64,000 nt of DNA from Eledone cirrhosa (Eukaryota). The stretch's first letter is position 1, and every line of letters begins with the position of its first letter. The position numbers and the translations under genes were made by a program. The notes beneath the pieces are model-generated. The model was not told the origin of the DNA and did not search any database. It saw nothing but the letters and a program-made list of their open reading frames with translations. Shown piece by piece: positions 42,092 to 56,899 of the stretch. The stretch is taken from contig OZ024741.1 in NCBI GenBank assembly GCA_964016885.1, positions 115,444,001 to 115,508,000 on the forward strand. Reading direction: 5' to 3'.

Positions 42092-43454
42092 GAGGTAGGG
42101 GTTACATTTGTCATAGAATATAGATATAACTATGATTCAAAGATATTCTTGAGGTAGGGGTTACATTTGTCATAGAATATAGATATAACGCTGATTGAAA
42201 GATTATCTTGAAGTAGGGGTTACATTTGTCATAGGATATAGATATAACTCAGACTAAAAGATGATCTTGAGGTAGGGGTTACATTTGTTATAGAATATAG
42301 ATATAACTCTGATTGAAAGATGTTCTTGAGGTGGGGGTTACATTTGTCATAGAATATAGATATAACTCTGATAGAAAGATGTTCTTGAGGTGGGGGTTAC
42401 ATTTGTCATAGAATATAGATATAACTCTGATTGAAAGATGTTCTTGATGTGGCGGTTACTTTGTCATAGAATATAGATATAACTCTGATTGAAAGATGTT
42501 CTGGAGGTGGGGTTACATTTGTCATAGAATATAGATATAACTCAGACTAAAAGATTCTCTTGAGGTAGGGGTTACATTTGTCATAGAATATAGATATAAC
42601 TCTGATTGAAAGTTGTTCTTGAGGTGGGGGTTACATTTGTCATAGAATATAGATATAACTCTGATTGAAAGATGTGGTTGAGGTAGGGGTTACATTTGTC
42701 ATAGAATATAGATATAACTCTGAATGCAAGATATTCTTAGGTAGGGGTTACATTTGTCATAGAATATAGATATAACTCTGATTGAAAGATTTTGTTGAGG
42801 TAGGGGTTACATTTGTCATAGAATATAGATATAACTATGATTGAAAGATATTCTTGAGGTAGGGGTTACATTTGTCATAGAATATAGATATAACGCTGAT
42901 TGAAGGATTATCTTGAAGTAGGGGTTACATTTGTCATAGGATATAGATATAACTCAGACTAAAAGATGATCTTGAGGTAGGGGTTACATTTGTTATAGAA
43001 TATAGATATAACTCTGATTGAAAGATGTTCTTGAGGTAGGAGTTACATTTATCATAGAATATAGATATAACTCTGATAGAAAGATGTTCTTGGGGTGGGG
43101 GATACATTTGTCATAGAATATAGATATAACTCTGATTAAAAGATGTTCTTGATGTGGAGGTTACATTTGTCATAGAATATAGATATAACTCTGATTGAAA
43201 GATGTTTTGGAGGTGGGGTTACATTTGTCATAGAATATAGATATAACTCAGACTAAAAGATTTTGTTGAGGTAGGGGTTACATCTGTCATAGAATATAGA
43301 TATAACTCAGACTAAAAGATTATCTCGAGGTGGGGGTTACATTTGTCATAGAATATAGATATAACTCTGATTGAAAGATGTTCTTGAGGTGGGGGTTACA
43401 TTTGTCATAGAATATAGATATAACTCTGATTGAAAGATGTTCTTGAGGTGGAGG

Positions 43455-45110
43455 TTACATTTGTCATAGAATATAGATATAACTCTGATTGAAAGATGTG
43501 GTTGAGGTGGGGGCTACATTTGTCATAGAGTATAGATATAACTCTGATAGAAATATGTTCTTGGGGTAGGGGTTACATTTGTCATAGAATATACATATAA
43601 TTCTGACTGAAAGATGTTCTTGAGGTGGGGGTTACATTTGTCATAGAATATACATATAATTCTGACTGAAAAATGTTCTTGAGGTGGGGGTTACATTTGT
43701 CATAGAATATAGATATAACTCTGATAGAAAGATGTTGTTGGGGTAGGGGTTACATTTGTCATAGAATATACATATAATTCTGACTGAAAGATGTTCTTGA
43801 GGTGGGGGTTACATTTGTCAGAGAATATAGATATAACTCTGACTGAAAGATGTTCTTGAGGTGGGGGTTACATTTGTCATAGAATATACATATAATTCTG
43901 ACTGAAAGATGTTCTTGAGGTGGGGGTTACATTTGTCAGAGAATATAGATATAACTCTGACTGAAAGATGTTCTTGAGGTGGGGGTTACATTTGTCATAG
44001 AATATAGATATAACTCTGACTGAAAGATGTTCGTGAGGTGGGGGTTACATTTGTCATAGAATATAGATATAACCCTGATAGAAAGATGTTCTTGGGGTAG
44101 GGGTTACATTTGTCATAGAATATATATATAACTCTGTTTGAAAGATGTTCTTGAGGTGGGTGTTACATTTGTCATAGAATATATATATAACTCTGACTGA
44201 AAGATATTATTGAGGGAGGGGTTACAATTGTCATAGAATATAAATATAACTCTGATTGAAAGATGTACTTGAAGTAGGGGTTACATTTGTCATAGAATAT
44301 AGATATAACTCTGATTGAAAGATGTGGTTGAGGTGGGGGCTACATTTGTCATAGAGTATAGATATAACTCTGATAGAAATATGTTCTTGGGGTAGGGGTT
44401 ACATTTGTCATAGAATATACATATAATTCTGACTGAAAGATGTTCTTGAGGTGGGGGTTACATTTGTCATAGAATATACATATAATTCTGACTGAAAAAT
44501 GTTCTTGAGGTGGGGGTTACATTTGTCATAGAATATAGATATAACTCTGATAGAAAGATGTTGTTGGGGTAGGGGTTACATTTGTCATAGAATATACATA
44601 TAATTCTGACTGAAAGATGTTCTTGAGGTGGGGGTTACATTTGTCAGAGAATATAGATATAACTCTGACTGAAAGATGTTCTTGAGGTGGGGGTTACATT
44701 TGTCATAGAATATACATATAATTCTGACTGAAAGATGTTCTTGAGGTGGGGGTTACATTTGTCAGAGAATATAGATATAACTCTGACTGAAAGATGTTCT
44801 TGAGGTGGGGGTTACATTTGTCATAGAATATAGATATAACTCTGACTGAAAGATGTTCGTGAGGTGGGGGTTACATTTGTCATAGAATATAGATATAACC
44901 CTGATAGAAAGATGTTCTTGGGGTAGGGGTTACATTTGTCATAGAATATATATATAACTCTGTTTGAAAGATGTTCTTGAGGTGGGTGTTACATTTGTCA
45001 TAGAATATATATATAACTCTGACTGAAAGATATTATTGAGGGAGGGGTTACAATTGTCATAGAATATAAATATAACTCTGATTGAAAGATGTACTTGAAG
45101 TAGGGGTTAC
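43455..45110 (+). repeat. Near-perfect tandem duplication of a 14-monomer block (826 bp x 2)
   Basis: The C of GGGCTAC lies at 43514 and 44340 (826 = 14 x 59). GTCAGAG, TTCGTGAGG and GGTGGGTGTT are repeated at the same offset. Confidence 0.88.
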
Positions 45111-46811
45111 ATTTGTCATAGAATATAGATATAACTCTGATTGAAAGATGTTCTTGAGATGGGGGTTACATTTGTCATAGAATATAGATATATCTCTGAT
45201 TGAAAGATGTTCTTGAAGTAGGGGTTACATTTGTCATAGAATATAGATATAACTCTGATTGAAAGATGTTCTTGAGGTGGGGGTTACATTTGTCATAGAA
45301 TATAGATATAACTCTGATTGAAAGATGTTCTTGAGGTGGGCGTTACATTTGTCATAGAATATAGATATAACTCTGATTGAAAGATGTGGTTGAGGTAGGG
45401 GTTACATTTATCATAGTATATAGATATAACCCTGATTGAAACATTTTGTTGAGGTGGGGGTTACATTTGTCATAGAATATAGATATAACTCTCATTGAAA
45501 GATTTTGTTGAGGTGGGGGTTACATTTGTCATAGAATATAGATATAACTCTGATTGAAAGATTTTGTTGAGGTGGGGGTTACATTTGTCATAGAATATAG
45601 ATATAACTCTGACTGAAAGATATTATTGAGGGAGGGGTTACAATTGTCATAGAATATAAATATAACTCTGATTTAAAGATGTACTTGAAGTAGGGGTTAC
45701 ATTTGTCATAGAATATAGATATATCTCTGATTGAAAGATGTACATGAAGTAGGGGTTACATTTGTCATAGAATATAGATATAACTCTGATTGAAAGATGT
45801 TCTTGAGATGGGGGTTACATTTGTCATAGAATATAGATATATCTCTGAATGAAATATGTACTTGAAGTAGGGGTTACATTTGTCATAGAATATAGATATA
45901 ACTATGATTGAAAGATATTCTTGAGGTAGGGGTTACATTTGTCATAGAATATAGATATAACGCTGATTGAAAGATTATCTTGAAGTAGGGGTTACATTTG
46001 TCATAGGATATAGATATAACTCAGACTAAAAGATGATCTTGAGGTAGGGGTTACATTTGTTATAGAATATAGATATAACTCTGATTGAAAGATATTCTTG
46101 AGGTAGGGGTTACATTTGTCATAGAATATAGATATAACTCTGACTGAAAGATATTATTGAGGTAGGGGTTACAATTGTCATAGAATATAGATATACCTCT
46201 GAGTGAAAGATGTTCTTGAGGTGGGGGTTACATTTTTCATAAAATATAGATATAACTCTGATAGAAAGATGTTCTTGGGGTAGGGGTTACATTTGTCATA
46301 GAATATAGATATAATTCTGACTGAAAGATGTTCTTGAGGTGGGGGTTACATTTGTCATAGAATATACATATAATTCTGACTGAAAAATTTTCTTGAGGTG
46401 GGGGTTACATTTGTCATAGAATATAGATATAACTCTGATAGAAAGATGTTCTTGGGGTAGGGGTTACATTTGTCATAGAATATACATATAATTCTGAATG
46501 AAAGATGTTCTTGAGGTGGGGGTTACATTTGTCATAGAATATAGATATAACTCTGACTGAAAGATGTTCTTGGGGTGGGGGTTACATTTGTCATAGAATA
46601 TACATATAATTCTGACTGAAAGATGTTCTTGAGGTGGGGGTTACATTTGTCATAGAATATAGATATAACCCTGATAGAAAGATGTTCATGGGGTAGGCGT
46701 TACATTTGTCATAGAATATATATATAACTCTGTTTGAAAGATGTTCTTGAGGTGGGGGTTACATTTGTCATAGAATATAGATATAACTCTGACTGAAAGA
46801 TATTATTGAGG

Positions 46812-46854
46812 AATGCACTGGGTAATTGCTGGCCTTGTGCCTAAAGTAGAAACA
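46812..46854 (+). mobile_element. 43-bp non-satellite insertion (AATGCACTGGGTAATTGCTGGCCTTGTGCCTAAAGTAGAAACA) with a 10-bp flanking direct repeat; probable 5'-truncated SINE/LINE 3' end
   Basis: ATTATTGAGG lies at 46802-46811 and 46855-46864. Empty-site monomers GATATTATTGAGGGAGGGGTTACAATTG occur near 44203, 45029, 45619, 47501, 49093, 50803 and 52396. The insertion and duplication are directly visible; the retroposon origin and orientation are inferred. Confidence 0.65.
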
Positions 46855-48899
46855 ATTATTGAGGGAGGGGTAACAATTGTCATAGAATATAAATATAACT
46901 CTGATTGAAAGATGTACTTGAAGTAGGGGTTACATTTGTCATATAATATAGATATAACTCTGATTGAAAGATGTTCATGAGGTGGGGGTTACATCTGTCA
47001 TAGAATATAGATATAATTCTGATGGAAAGATGTTCTTGAGGTGGGGGTTACATTTGTCATAGAATATAGATATAACTCTGATTGAAAGATGTGGTTGAGG
47101 TAGGGGTTACATTTGTCATAGTATATAGATATAACTCTGATAGACAGATGTTCTTGGGGTAGGGGTTACATTTGTCATAGAATATACATATAATTCTGAC
47201 TGAAAGATGTTCTTGAGGTGGGGGTTACATTTGTCATAGAATAGAGATATAACACTGATTGAAAGATTTTGTTGAGGTGGGGGTTATATTTGTCATAGAA
47301 TATAGATATAACTCTGACTGAAAGATGTTCTTGAGGTGGAGGTTACATTTGTCATAGAATATAGATATAACCCTGATAGAAAGATGTTTATGGGGTAGGG
47401 GTTACATTTGTCATAGAATATATATATAACTCTGTTTGAAAGATGTTCTTGAGGTGGGGGCTACATTTGTCATAAAATATAGATATAACTCTGACTGAAA
47501 GATATTATTGAGGGAGGGGTTACAATTGTCATAGAATATAAATATAACTCTGATTGAAAGATGTTCTTGATGTGGAGGTTACATTTGTCATAGAATATAG
47601 ATATAACTCTGATTGAAAGATGTTCTGGAGGTGGGGTTACATTTGTCATAGAATATAGATATAACTCAGACTAAAAGATTCTCTTGAGGTAGTGGTTACA
47701 TTTGTTATAGAATATAGATATAACTCTGATTGAAAGATGTTCTTGAGGTGGGGGTTACATTTGTCATAGAATATATATATATAACTCTGATTGAAAGATG
47801 TGGTTGAGGTAGGGGTTACATTTGTCATAGAATATAGATATAACTCTGAATGCAAGATATTCTTAGGTAGGGGTTACATTTGTCATAGAATATAGATATA
47901 ACTCTGATTGAAAGATTTTGTTGAGGTAGGGGTTACATTTGTCATAGAATATAGATATAACTATGATTGAAAGATGTTCTTGAGGTAGGGGTTACATTTG
48001 TCATAGAATATAAATATAACCCTGATTGAAAGATTATCTTGAGGTAGGGGTTACATTTGTCATAGAATATAGATATAACTCTGATTGAAAGATATTCTTG
48101 AGGTAGGGGTTACATTTGTCATAGAATATAGATATAACGCTGATTGAAAGATTATCTTGAAGTAGGGGTTACATTTGTCATAGGATATAGATATAACTCA
48201 GACTAAAAGATGATCTTGAGGTAGGGGTTACATTTGTCATAGAATATAGATATAACTCTGATTGAAAGATATTCTTGAGGTAGGGGTTACATTTGTCATA
48301 GAATATAGATATAACGCTGATTGAAAGATTATCTTGAAGTAGGGGTTACATTTGTCATAGGATATAGATATAACTCAGACTAAAAGATGTTCTGGAGGTG
48401 GGGTTACATTTGTCATAGAATATAGATATAACTCAGACTAAAAGATTATCTCGAGGTGGGGGTTACATTTGTCATAGAATATAGATATAACTCTGATTGA
48501 AAGATGTTCTTGAGGTGGGGGTTACATTTGTCATAGAATATAGATATAACTCTGATTGAAAGATGTTCTTGAGGTGGAGGTTACATTTGTCATAGAATAT
48601 AGATATAACTCTGATTGAAAGATGTGGTTGAGGTGGGGGTTACATTTGTCATAGAATATATATATAATTCTGACTGAAAGATGTTTTTGAGGTGGGGGTT
48701 ACATTTGTCATAGAATATACATATAATTCTGACTGAAAAATGTTCTTGAGGTGGGGGTTACATTTGTCATAGAATATAGATATAACTCTGATAGAAAGAT
48801 GTTCTTGGGGTAGGGGTTACAATTGTCATAGAATATACATATAATTCTGACTGAAAGATGTTCTTGAGGTGGGGGTTACATTTGTCATAGAATATACAT

Positions 48900-51800
48900 A
48901 TAATTCTGACTGAAAGATGTTCTTGAGGTGGGGGTTACATTTGTCATAGAATATAGATATAACTCTGACTGAAAGATGTTCTTGAGGTGGGGGTTACATT
49001 TGTCATAGAATATATATATAACTCTGTTTGAAAGATGTTCTTGAGGTGGGGGTTACATTTGTCATAGAATATAGATATAACTCTGACTGAAAGATATTAT
49101 TGAGGGAGGGGTTACAATTGTCATAGAATATAAATATAACTCTGATTGAAAGATGTACTTGAAGTAGGGGTTACATTTGTCATAGAATATAGATATAACT
49201 CTGATTGAAAGATGTTCTTGAGATGGGGGTTACATTTGTCATAGAATATAGATATATCTCTGATTGAAAGATGTACTTGAAGTAGGGGTTACATTTGTCA
49301 TAGAATATAGATATAACTCTGATTGAAAGATGTTCTTGAGATGGGGGTTACATTTGTCATAGAATATAGATATAACTCTGATTGAAAGATGTTCTTGAGG
49401 TGGGCGTTACATTTGTCATAGAATATAGATATAACTCTGATTGAAAGATGTGGTTGAGGTAGGGGTTACATTTGTCATAGTATATAGATATAACCCTGAT
49501 TGAAACATTTCGTTGAGGTGGGGGTTACATTTGTCATAGAATATAGATATAACTCTGATAGATAGATGTTCTTGGGGTAGGGGTTACATTTGTCATAGAA
49601 TATAGATATATCTCTGATTGAAAGATGTACTTGAAGTAGGGGTTACATTTGTCATAGAATATAGATATAACTCTCATTGAAAGATTTTGTTGAGGTGGGG
49701 GTTACATTTGTCATAGAATATAGATATAACTCTGATTGAAAGATTTTGTTGAGGTGGGGGTTACATTTGTCATAGAATAGAGATATAACACTGATTGAAA
49801 GATTTTGTTGAGGTGGGGGTTACGTTTGTCATAGAATATAGATATAACTCTGATTGAAAGATGTTCTTGAGGTGGGGTTACATTTGTCATAGTATATAGA
49901 TATAACTCTGATTGAAAGATTTTGTTGAGGTGGGGGTTACATTTGTCATAGAATATAGATATAACTGTGATTGAAAGATTTTGTTGAGATGGGGGTTACA
50001 TTTGTCACAGAATATAGATATATGTCTGATAGAAAGATGATCTTGAGGTAGGGGTTACACTTGTCCTAGGATATAGATATAACCTTGATTGAAAGATGTT
50101 CTTGAGTTAGGGGTTACATTTGTCATACAGTATAGATATAACGCTGATTGAAAGATTATCTTGAAGTAGGGGTTACATTTGTCATAGGATATAGATATAA
50201 CTCAGATTAAAAGATGATCTTGAGGTAGGGGTTACATTTGTTATAGAATATAGATATAACTCTGATTGAAAGATATTCTTGAGGTAGGGGTTACATTTGT
50301 CATAGAATCTAGATATAACTCTGACTGAAAGATATTATTGAGGTAGGGGTTACAATTGTCATAGAATATAGATATACCTCTGAGTGAAAGATGTTCTTGA
50401 GGTGGGGGTTACATTTTTCATAGAATATAGATATAACTCTGATAGAAAGATGTTCTTGGGGTAGGGTTTACATTTGTCATAGAATATACATATAATTCTG
50501 ACTGAAAGATGTTCTTGAGGTGGGGGTTACATTTGTCATAGAATATAGATATAACTCTGACTGAAAGATGTTCTTGGGGTGGGGGTTACATTTGTCATAG
50601 AATATACATATAATTCTGACTGAAAGATGTTCTTGAGGTGGGGGTTACATTTGTCATAGAATATAGATATAACTCTGACTGAAAGATGTTCTTGAGGTGG
50701 GGGTTACATTTGTCATAGAATATAAATATAACTCTGATTGAAAGATATTCTTGAGGTAGGGGTTACATTTGTCATAGAATATAGATATAACTCTGACTGA
50801 AAGATATTATTGAGGGAGGGGTTACAATTGTCATAGAATATAAATATAACTATGATTGAAAGATGTTCTTGAGATGGGGGTTACATTTGTCATAGAATAT
50901 AGATATATCTCTGATTGAAAGATGTACTTGAAGTAGGGGTTACATTTGTCATAGAATATAGATATAACACTGATTGAAAGATGTTCTTGAGGTGGGGGTT
51001 ACATTTGTAATAGAATATAGATATAACTCTGATTGAAAGATGTTCTTGAGGTGGGCGTTACATTTGTCATAGAATATAGATATAACTCTGATTGAAAGAT
51101 GTGGTTGAGGTAGGGGTTACATTTGTCATAGTATATAGATATAACCCTGATTGAAACATTTCGTTGAGGTGGGGGTTACATTTGTCATAGAATATAGATA
51201 TAACTCTCATTGAAAGATTTTGTTGAGGTGGGGGTTACATTTGTCATAGAATATAGACATAACTCTGATTGAAAGATTTTGTTGAGGTGGGGGTTACATT
51301 TGTCATAGAATAGAGATATAACACTGATTGAAAGATTTTGTTGAGGTGGGGGTTACGTTTGTCATAGAATATAGATATAACTCTGATTGAAAGATTTTGT
51401 TGAGGTGGGGGTTACATTTGTCATAGTATATAGATATAACTCTGATTGAAAGATTCTGCTGAGGTGGGGATTACATTTGTCATAGAATATAGATATAACT
51501 GTGATTGAAAGATTTTGTTGAGATGGGGGTTACATTTATCATAAAATATAGATATAACTCTGATAGAAAGATGATCTTGAGGTAGGGGTTACACTTGTCC
51601 TAGGATATAGATATAACCTTGATTGAAAGATGTTCTTGAGGTAGGGGTTACGTTTGTCATACAGTATAGATATAACTCTGTTTGAAAGATGTTCTTGAGA
51701 TGGGGGTTACATTTGTCATAGAATATAGATATAACTCTGATTGAAAGATGTTCTTGAGATGGGGGTTACATTTGTCATAGAATATAGATATATCTCTGAA

Positions 51801-53750
51801 TGAAATATGTACTTGAAGTAGGGGTTACATTTGTCATAGAATATAGATATAACTATGATTGAAAGATATTCTTGAGGTAGGGGTTACATTTGTCATAGAA
51901 TATAGATATAACGCTGATTGAAAGATTATCTTGAAGTAGGGGTTACATTTGTCATAGGATATAGATATAAATCAGACTAAAAGATGATCTTGAGGTAGGG
52001 GTTACATTTGTTATAGAATATAGATATAACTCTGATTGAAAGATATTGTTGAGGTAGGGGTTACATTTGTCATAGAATATAGATATAACTCTGACTGAAA
52101 GATATTATTGAGGTAGGGGTTACAATTGTCATAGAATATAGATATACCTCTGAGTGAAAGATGTTCTTGAGGTGGGGGTTACATTTGTCATAGAATATAG
52201 ATATAACTCTGACTGAAAGATGTTCTTCGGGTGGGGGTTACATTTGTCATAGAATATACATATAATTCTGACTGAAAGATGTTCATGGGGTAGGGGTTAC
52301 ATTTGTCATAGAATATAAATATAACTCTGTTTGAAAGATGTTCTTGAGGTGGGGGTTACATTTGTCATAGAATATAGATATAACTCTGACTGAAAGATAT
52401 TATTGAGGGAGGGGTTACAATTGTCATAGAATATAAATATAACTCTGATTGAAAGATGTACTTGAAGTAGGGGTTACATTTGTCATAGAATATAGATATA
52501 ACTCTGATTGAAAGATGTTCTTGACACGGGGGTTACATTTCTCATAGAATATAGATATAATTCTGATTGAAAGATGTTCTTGAGGTGTGGGTTACATTTG
52601 TCATAGAATATAGATATAACTCTGATTGAAAGATGTGGTTGAGGTAGGGGTTACATTTGTCATAGTATATAGATATAACCCTGATTGAAACATTTTGTTG
52701 AGGTAGGTGTTACATTTGTCATAGAATATAGATATAACTCTCATTGAAAGATTTTGTTGAGGTGGGGGTTACATTTGTCATAGAATATAGATATAACTCT
52801 GATTGAAAGATTTTGTTGAGGTGGGGGTTACATTTGTCATAGAATAGAGATATAACACTGATTGAAAGATTTTTTGGAGGTGGGGGTTACATTTGTCATA
52901 GAATATAGATATAACTCTGATTGAAAGAGTTTGTTGAGGTGGGGGTTACATTTGTCATAGTATATAGATATAACTCTGATTGAAAGATTTTGTTGAGGTG
53001 GGGGTTACATTTGTCATAGAATATAGATATAACTGTGATTGAAAGATTTTGTTGAGATGGGGGTTACATTTGTCATAGAATATAGATATAACTCTGATAG
53101 AAAGATGATCTTGAGGTAGGGGTTACACTTGTCCTAGGATATAGATATAACCTTGATTGAAAGATGTTCTTGAGGTAGGGGTTACATTTGTCATAGAGTA
53201 TAGATATAACTCTGTTTGAAAGATGTTCTTGAGATGGGGGTTACATTTGTCATAGAATATAGATATAACTCTGATTGAAAGATATTCTTGAGGTGGGGGT
53301 TATATTTGTCATAGAATATAGATATAACTCTGATTGAAAGATGTTCTTGAGATGGGGGTTACATTTGTCATAGAATATAGATATATCTCTGAATGAAATA
53401 TGTACTTGAAGTAGGGGTTACATTTGTCATAGAATATAGATATAACTATGATTGAAAGATATTCTTGAGGTAGGGGTTACATTTGTCATAGAATATAGAT
53501 ATAACGCTGATTGAAAGATTATCTTGAAGTAGGGCTTACATTTGTCATAGGATATAGATATAACTCAGACTAAAAGATGATCTTGAGGTAGGGGTTACAT
53601 TTGTTATAGAATATAGATATAACTCTGATTGAAAGATATTCTTGAGGTAGGGGTTACATTTGTCATAGAATATAGATATAACTCTGACTGAAAGATATTA
53701 TTGAGGTAGGGGTTACAATTGTCATAGAATATAGATATAACACTGATTGA
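48900..53750 (+). repeat. Degenerate ~1.5-1.65-kb (26-28-monomer) higher-order repeat, about 3 copies
   Basis: ACACTTGTCCTAGG occurs at 50057, 51591 and 53125 (spacing 1,534 = 26 x 59). AACCCTGATTGAAACATT occurs at 49492, 51143 and 52677. Confidence 0.7.
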
Positions 53751-53829
53751 AAGATATTCTTGAGGTAGGGGTTACATTTGTCATAGAATAGAGATAAAAC
53801 ACTGATTGAATGATTTTGTTGATGTAGAG

Positions 53830-55690
53830 GTTACGTTTGTCATAGAATATAGATATAATCTGACTGAAAGATATTATTGAGGTAGGGGTTACAATTGTCA
53901 TAGAATATAGATATAACTCTGATTGAAAGATATTCTTGAGATAGGGGTTGCATTTGTCATAGAATAGTGATATAACACTGATTGAAAGATTTTGTTGATG
54001 TAGGGGTTACATTTGTCATAGAATATAGATATAACTCTGACTGAAAGATATTATTGAGGTAGGGGTTACAATTGTCATAGAATATAGATATAACTCTGAT
54101 CGAAAGAAATACTTGAGATGGGGGTTACATTTGTCATAGAATTGAGATATAACACTGATTGAAAGATGATCTTGAGGTAGGGTTACATTTGTCATAGAAT
54201 ATAGATATATCTCTGATTGAAAGATGTACTTGAAGTAGGGGTTACATTTGTCATAGAATATAGATATAACTCTGATTGAAAGATGTTCTTGAGGTGGGGG
54301 TTACATTTGTCATAGAATATAGATATAACTCTGATTGAAAGATGTGGTTGAGGTAGGGGTTACATTTGTCATAGAATATAGATATAACACTGATTGAAAG
54401 ATTTTGTTGAGGTGGGGGTTACATTTGTCATAGAATATAGATATAACTCTGATTGAAAGATTTTGTTGAGGTGGGGGTTACATTTGTCATAGTATATAGA
54501 TATAACTCTGATTGAATGATTTTGTTGAGGTGGGGGTTACATTTGTCATAGAATATAGATATAACTCTGATTGAAAGATTTTGTTGAGGTGGGGGGTTAC
54601 ATTTGTCATAGAATATAGATATAACTCTGATAGAAAGATGATCTTGAGATGGGGGTTACATTTGTCATAGAATATAGATATAACGCTGATTGAAAGATTA
54701 TCTTGAAGTAGGGGTTACATTTGTCATAGGATATAGATATAACTCAGACTAAAAGATGATCTTGAGGTAGGGGTTACATTTGTCATAGAATATAGATATA
54801 GCTCTGATTGAAAGATGTTCTTGAGGTAGGGGTTACATTTGTCATAGAATATAGATATAATCTGACTGAAAGATATTATTGAGGTAGGGGTTACAATTGT
54901 CATAGAATATAGATATAACTCTGATAGAAAGATATTCTTGAGGTAGGGGTTACATTTGTCATAGAGTAGAGATATAACACTGATTGAAAGATTTTGTTGA
55001 TGTAGGGGTTACATTTGTCATAGAATATAGATATAACTCTGACTGAAAGATATTATTGAGGAAGGGCTAACATTTGTCATTGAATATAGATATAACTCTG
55101 ATCGAAAGAAATACTTGAGGTGGGGGTTACATTTGTCATAGAATAGAGATATAACACTGATTGAAAGATGATCTTGAGGTGGGGTTACATTTGTCATAGA
55201 ATATAGATATATCTCTGATTGAAAGATGTACTTGAAGTAGGGTTTACATTTGTCATAGAATATAGATATAACTCTGATTGAAAGATGTTCTTGAGGTGGG
55301 GGTTACATTTGTCATAGAATATAGATATAACTCTGATTGAAAGATGTGGTTGAGGTAGGGGTTACATTTGTCATAGAATATAGATATAACACTGATTGAA
55401 AGATTTTGTTGAGGTGGGGGTTACATTTGTCATAGAATATAGATATAACTCTGATTGAAAGATTTTGTTGAGGTGGGGGTTACATTTGTCATAGTATATA
55501 GATATAACTCTGATTGAATGATTTTGTTGAGGTGGGGGTTACATTTGTCATAGAATATAGATATAACTCTGATTGAAAGATTTTGTTGAGGTGGGGGGTT
55601 ACATTTGTCATAGAATATAGATATAACTCTGATAGAAAGATGATCTTGAGATGGGGGTTACATTTGTCATAGAATATAGATATAACGCTG
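53830..55690 (+). repeat. Tandem duplication at offset 1,002 bp (17 monomers)
   Basis: TATAATCTGACTG at about 53854/54856 and ATCTCTG at 54209/55211. GATCGAAAGAAATAC, TGAATGATTTTG and the G6 variant are repeated at +1,002. Confidence 0.78.
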
Positions 55691-56899
55691 ATTGAAAGAT
55701 ATTCTTGAGGTGGGGGTTACATTTGTCATAGAATATTGATATAACTCTGATTGAAAGATGTTCTTGAGGTGGGGGTTACATTTGTCATAGAATATAGATA
55801 TAACACTGATTGAAAGATTTTGTTGAGGTAGGGGTTACATTTGTCATAGAATATAGATATAACTATGATTGAAAGATGTTCTTGAGGTAGGGGTTACATT
55901 TGTCATAGAATATAGATATAACTCTGATTGAAAGATGTGGTTGAGGTAGGGGTTACATTTGTCATAGAATATAGATATAACTCTGAATGCAAGATATTCT
56001 TAGGTAGGGGTTACATTTGTCATAGAATATAGATATAACACTGATTGAAAGATTTTGTTGAGGTAGGGGTTACATTTGTCATAGAATATAGATATATCTA
56101 TGATTGAAAGATGTACTTGAAGTAGGGGTTACATTTGTCATAGAATATAGATATAACTCTGATTGAAAGATGTTCTTGAGGTGGGGGTTACATTTGTCAT
56201 AGAATATAGATATAACTCTGATTGAAAGATTTTGTTGAGGTGGGGGGTTACATTTGTCATAGAATAGAGATATAACACTGATTGAAAGATTTTGTTGAGG
56301 TGGGGGTTACATTTGTCATAAAATATAGATATAACTCTGATTGAAAGATTTTGTTGAGGTGGGGGTTACATTTGTCATAGTATATAGATATAACTCTGAT
56401 TGAATGATTTTGTTGAGGTGGGGGTTACATTTGTCATAGAATATAGATATAACTCAGACTAAAAGATGATCTTGAGGTAGGAGTTACATTTGTCATAGAA
56501 TATAGATATAGCTCTGATTGAAAGATGTTCTTGAGGTAGGGGTTACATTTGTCATAGAATATAGATATAATCTGACTGAAATATATTATTGAGGTAGGGG
56601 TTACAATTGTCATAGAATATAGATATAACTCTGATTGAAATATATTCTTGAGGTAGGGGTTACATTTGTCATAGAGTAGAGATATAACACTGATTAAAAG
56701 ATTTTGTTGATGTAGGGGTTACATTTGTCATAGAATATAGATATAACTCTGACTGGAAGATATTATTGAGGTAGGGGTTACAATTGTCATTGAATATAGA
56801 TATAACTCTGATCGAAAGAAATACTTGAGGTGGGGGTTACATTTGTCATAGAATAGAGATATAACACTGATTTAAAGATGATCTTGAGGTGGGGGTTAC

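Noticed and set aside
46812-46854. Insert as a MITE/DNA transposon or a CRISPR-type spacer
   Set aside because: The insert has no terminal inverted repeats (AATGC... vs ...AAACA) and is too short. The duplicated flank is 10 bp of the target rather than a full repeat.
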